NCBI GenBank assembly: GCA_038087875.1
Contig: CM075993.1
Coordinates: forward strand, 8,620,001 to 8,684,000
Direction: 5' to 3'
From: Malacoraja senta
Lineage: Eukaryota
DNA: 64,000 nucleotides
Of the stretch, positions 62,659-64,000 are shown in pieces (position 1 is the first letter of the stretch; each line of letters begins with the position of its first letter). Made by a program: the position numbers and the translations under genes. The notes below the pieces were generated by a model. That model worked only from the letters and a program-made list of their open reading frames with translations. It ran no database searches and was not told the origin of the DNA.

Positions 62659-62765
62659 TGACGCGCAGGCGCACTGGCGGGGTTCTTCACGTAATCACCT
62701 ACGTAACTCCTCATAAAATAAAGATCAAACTTCAAACTTAGGTAAGTTCTCGTTTAATCTTACTA
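62659..62765 (+). repeat. DIRS right ITR plus 3' extension
   Basis: ITR at 62659-62719; the extension at 62720-62765 is matched only by the ICR. Confidence 0.93.
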
Positions 62766-62809
62766 GTCCTCAGCATCCATGCATTAGTCTAGTTTGGATA
62801 CCGATCTAT

Positions 62810-63255
62810 TACAGATGCATACGGCACAGAAAGAAGCCCTTCAGCCCAACTTGTCAATGACAACCAACGTTCCCCATCTATGCAGGATACACCTGCCCGT
62901 GTTTGGCCCGCATCCCTTTAAATCTTTCCTATCCATGTACCTGTCCAAATATCTTTTAAATGTTGCAATTATACCATCCTCCACTATCTCCTCTAGCAGC
63001 TCATTCCATACACCTTCAACCCTGAGTGAAAGGTTGCCCCACAGATTCCGATTAAATCTTTCCTCTCACCTTAGACTTATGTCCTCTGGTTCTTGATTCC
63101 CCTACCCTGGGTGAAAGAATCGATGTATTCACTCAATCTTCCCCTCATGATCTTATACACCTCTAGAAGATAACCCCTAAGCCTCCTGCACTAGAGGGAA
63201 TAAAGTCCCAGCTTGCTCAACCTCCCCTGTAGCTCAGACACTTGAGTCCTAGCAA
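62810..63255 (-). mobile_element. CR1 LINE 3' fragment
   Basis: Same family as 16330-16820. Confidence 0.85.
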
Positions 63256-63818
63256 CATGAACCATTCTATCAACAATTACAGAGCGGTCCTGACCTACCA
63301 TTTACCTCAATGGAGACCCTCGGACTATCTTTAATCAAACTTATCGTGCACTATACATTGTGTGTAGGAAGGAACTGCAGATGCTGGTTTAAACCAATGA
63401 TAAACACAAAAAGCTGGAGTAACTCAACTGGTCAGGCAGCATCTCTGGAGAGGAATAGGTGACATTTCAGGCCGAGATCCTTTTTTAGACTGACCCTTGA
63501 CCCCTAGGAGAAGAACAGTTATATTTGTTATCATTTTCTGGTCATGAAGTCTGACTTCTGTGCGTTGAATATCTTGGAGGTCTTGAACTGTGTTTTTTTT
63601 TTATTTGACTAAGTGATTCATGTCAAGAGTGTAGGAAGGAACTGCAGGTGCTGGTTTAAACCGAAGATAGACACAAACATTGGAGTAACTCAGCGGGTCA
63701 GGCAGCATCTCTGGAGCAAAGAAGTTTCAGAAGAAGGTTCTCAACCCGAAACGTAGCCTATTCCTTTTGTCCAGAGATGTTGTGCGAACTGCTGAGTTAC
63801 TCCAGCTTTTTACATCCA

Positions 63819-64000
63819 TCTATATTACTAAAAGTAAGATCTTGACCACTTCCTGTTTTTCTGTTTCATGATTTTTGAAAAAACGCTGCCAATTACGGCT
63901 GTGATTTTTGGCCATCTTACTCAGAGTCCCCCTCCGTTGCGCAGGACAAGAGGACTTTTCCCATCGATGAAAAATAAAAGAGTTATTAATGTTTTAAAAA
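63819..64000 (+). mobile_element. Probable Helitron 5' end (runs off the window)
   Basis: Begins A|TCTATATTACTAAAA, interrupts the arm of a fold-back element at an A-T step, and has a subterminal acggctgtgattttt. Confidence 0.5.

Larger units (their letters stand above)
54360..62765 (+). mobile_element. DIRS1-like tyrosine-recombinase retrotransposon, full span, defective, about 4.8 kb without the L1 insert
   Basis: Order is gag-like, RT, RNase H, methyltransferase-like, YR; ITRs and an internal complementary region are present; no TSD. Confidence 0.95.

Noticed and set aside
1..64000. CRISPR array or prokaryotic system
   Set aside because: No regularly spaced repeat-spacer array or operon structure; the recombinase and methyltransferase-like domains belong to the DIRS element.

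Overview
This is vertebrate genomic DNA, most likely from a cartilaginous fish (skate or ray), judging by abundant HE1-type V-SINEs and HER1/CR1 LINE tails. One host gene can be rebuilt by hand: a + strand GRAMD2A orthologue with 11 phase-consistent GT-AG coding exons from 11456 to the stop at 38858. It encodes a GRAM domain and a C-terminal transmembrane helix, and a candidate first exon at 9530-9600 would make it about 341 aa. The rest is mostly mobile DNA. (1) A full-span but ORF-damaged DIRS tyrosine-recombinase retrotransposon (54360-62765) has ITRs and a perfectly matched internal complementary region. Its recombinase gene is split by a young 5'-truncated L1 with an open ORF2 and a 15-bp TSD. 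(2) A cryptic, heavily deleted endogenous retrovirus (tRNA-Ser PBS, gag start joined to an env-like TM anchor) is split by a second L1. (3) A dispersed Penelope-derived fold-back repeat family carries a minimal hammerhead-ribozyme motif. (4) There are also a hAT MITE with an 8-bp TSD, a Bov-A-like RTE derivative, Rex1/Babar derivatives, DeuSINE relics and a probable Helitron end. Family assignments rest on recalled motifs, not database searches.
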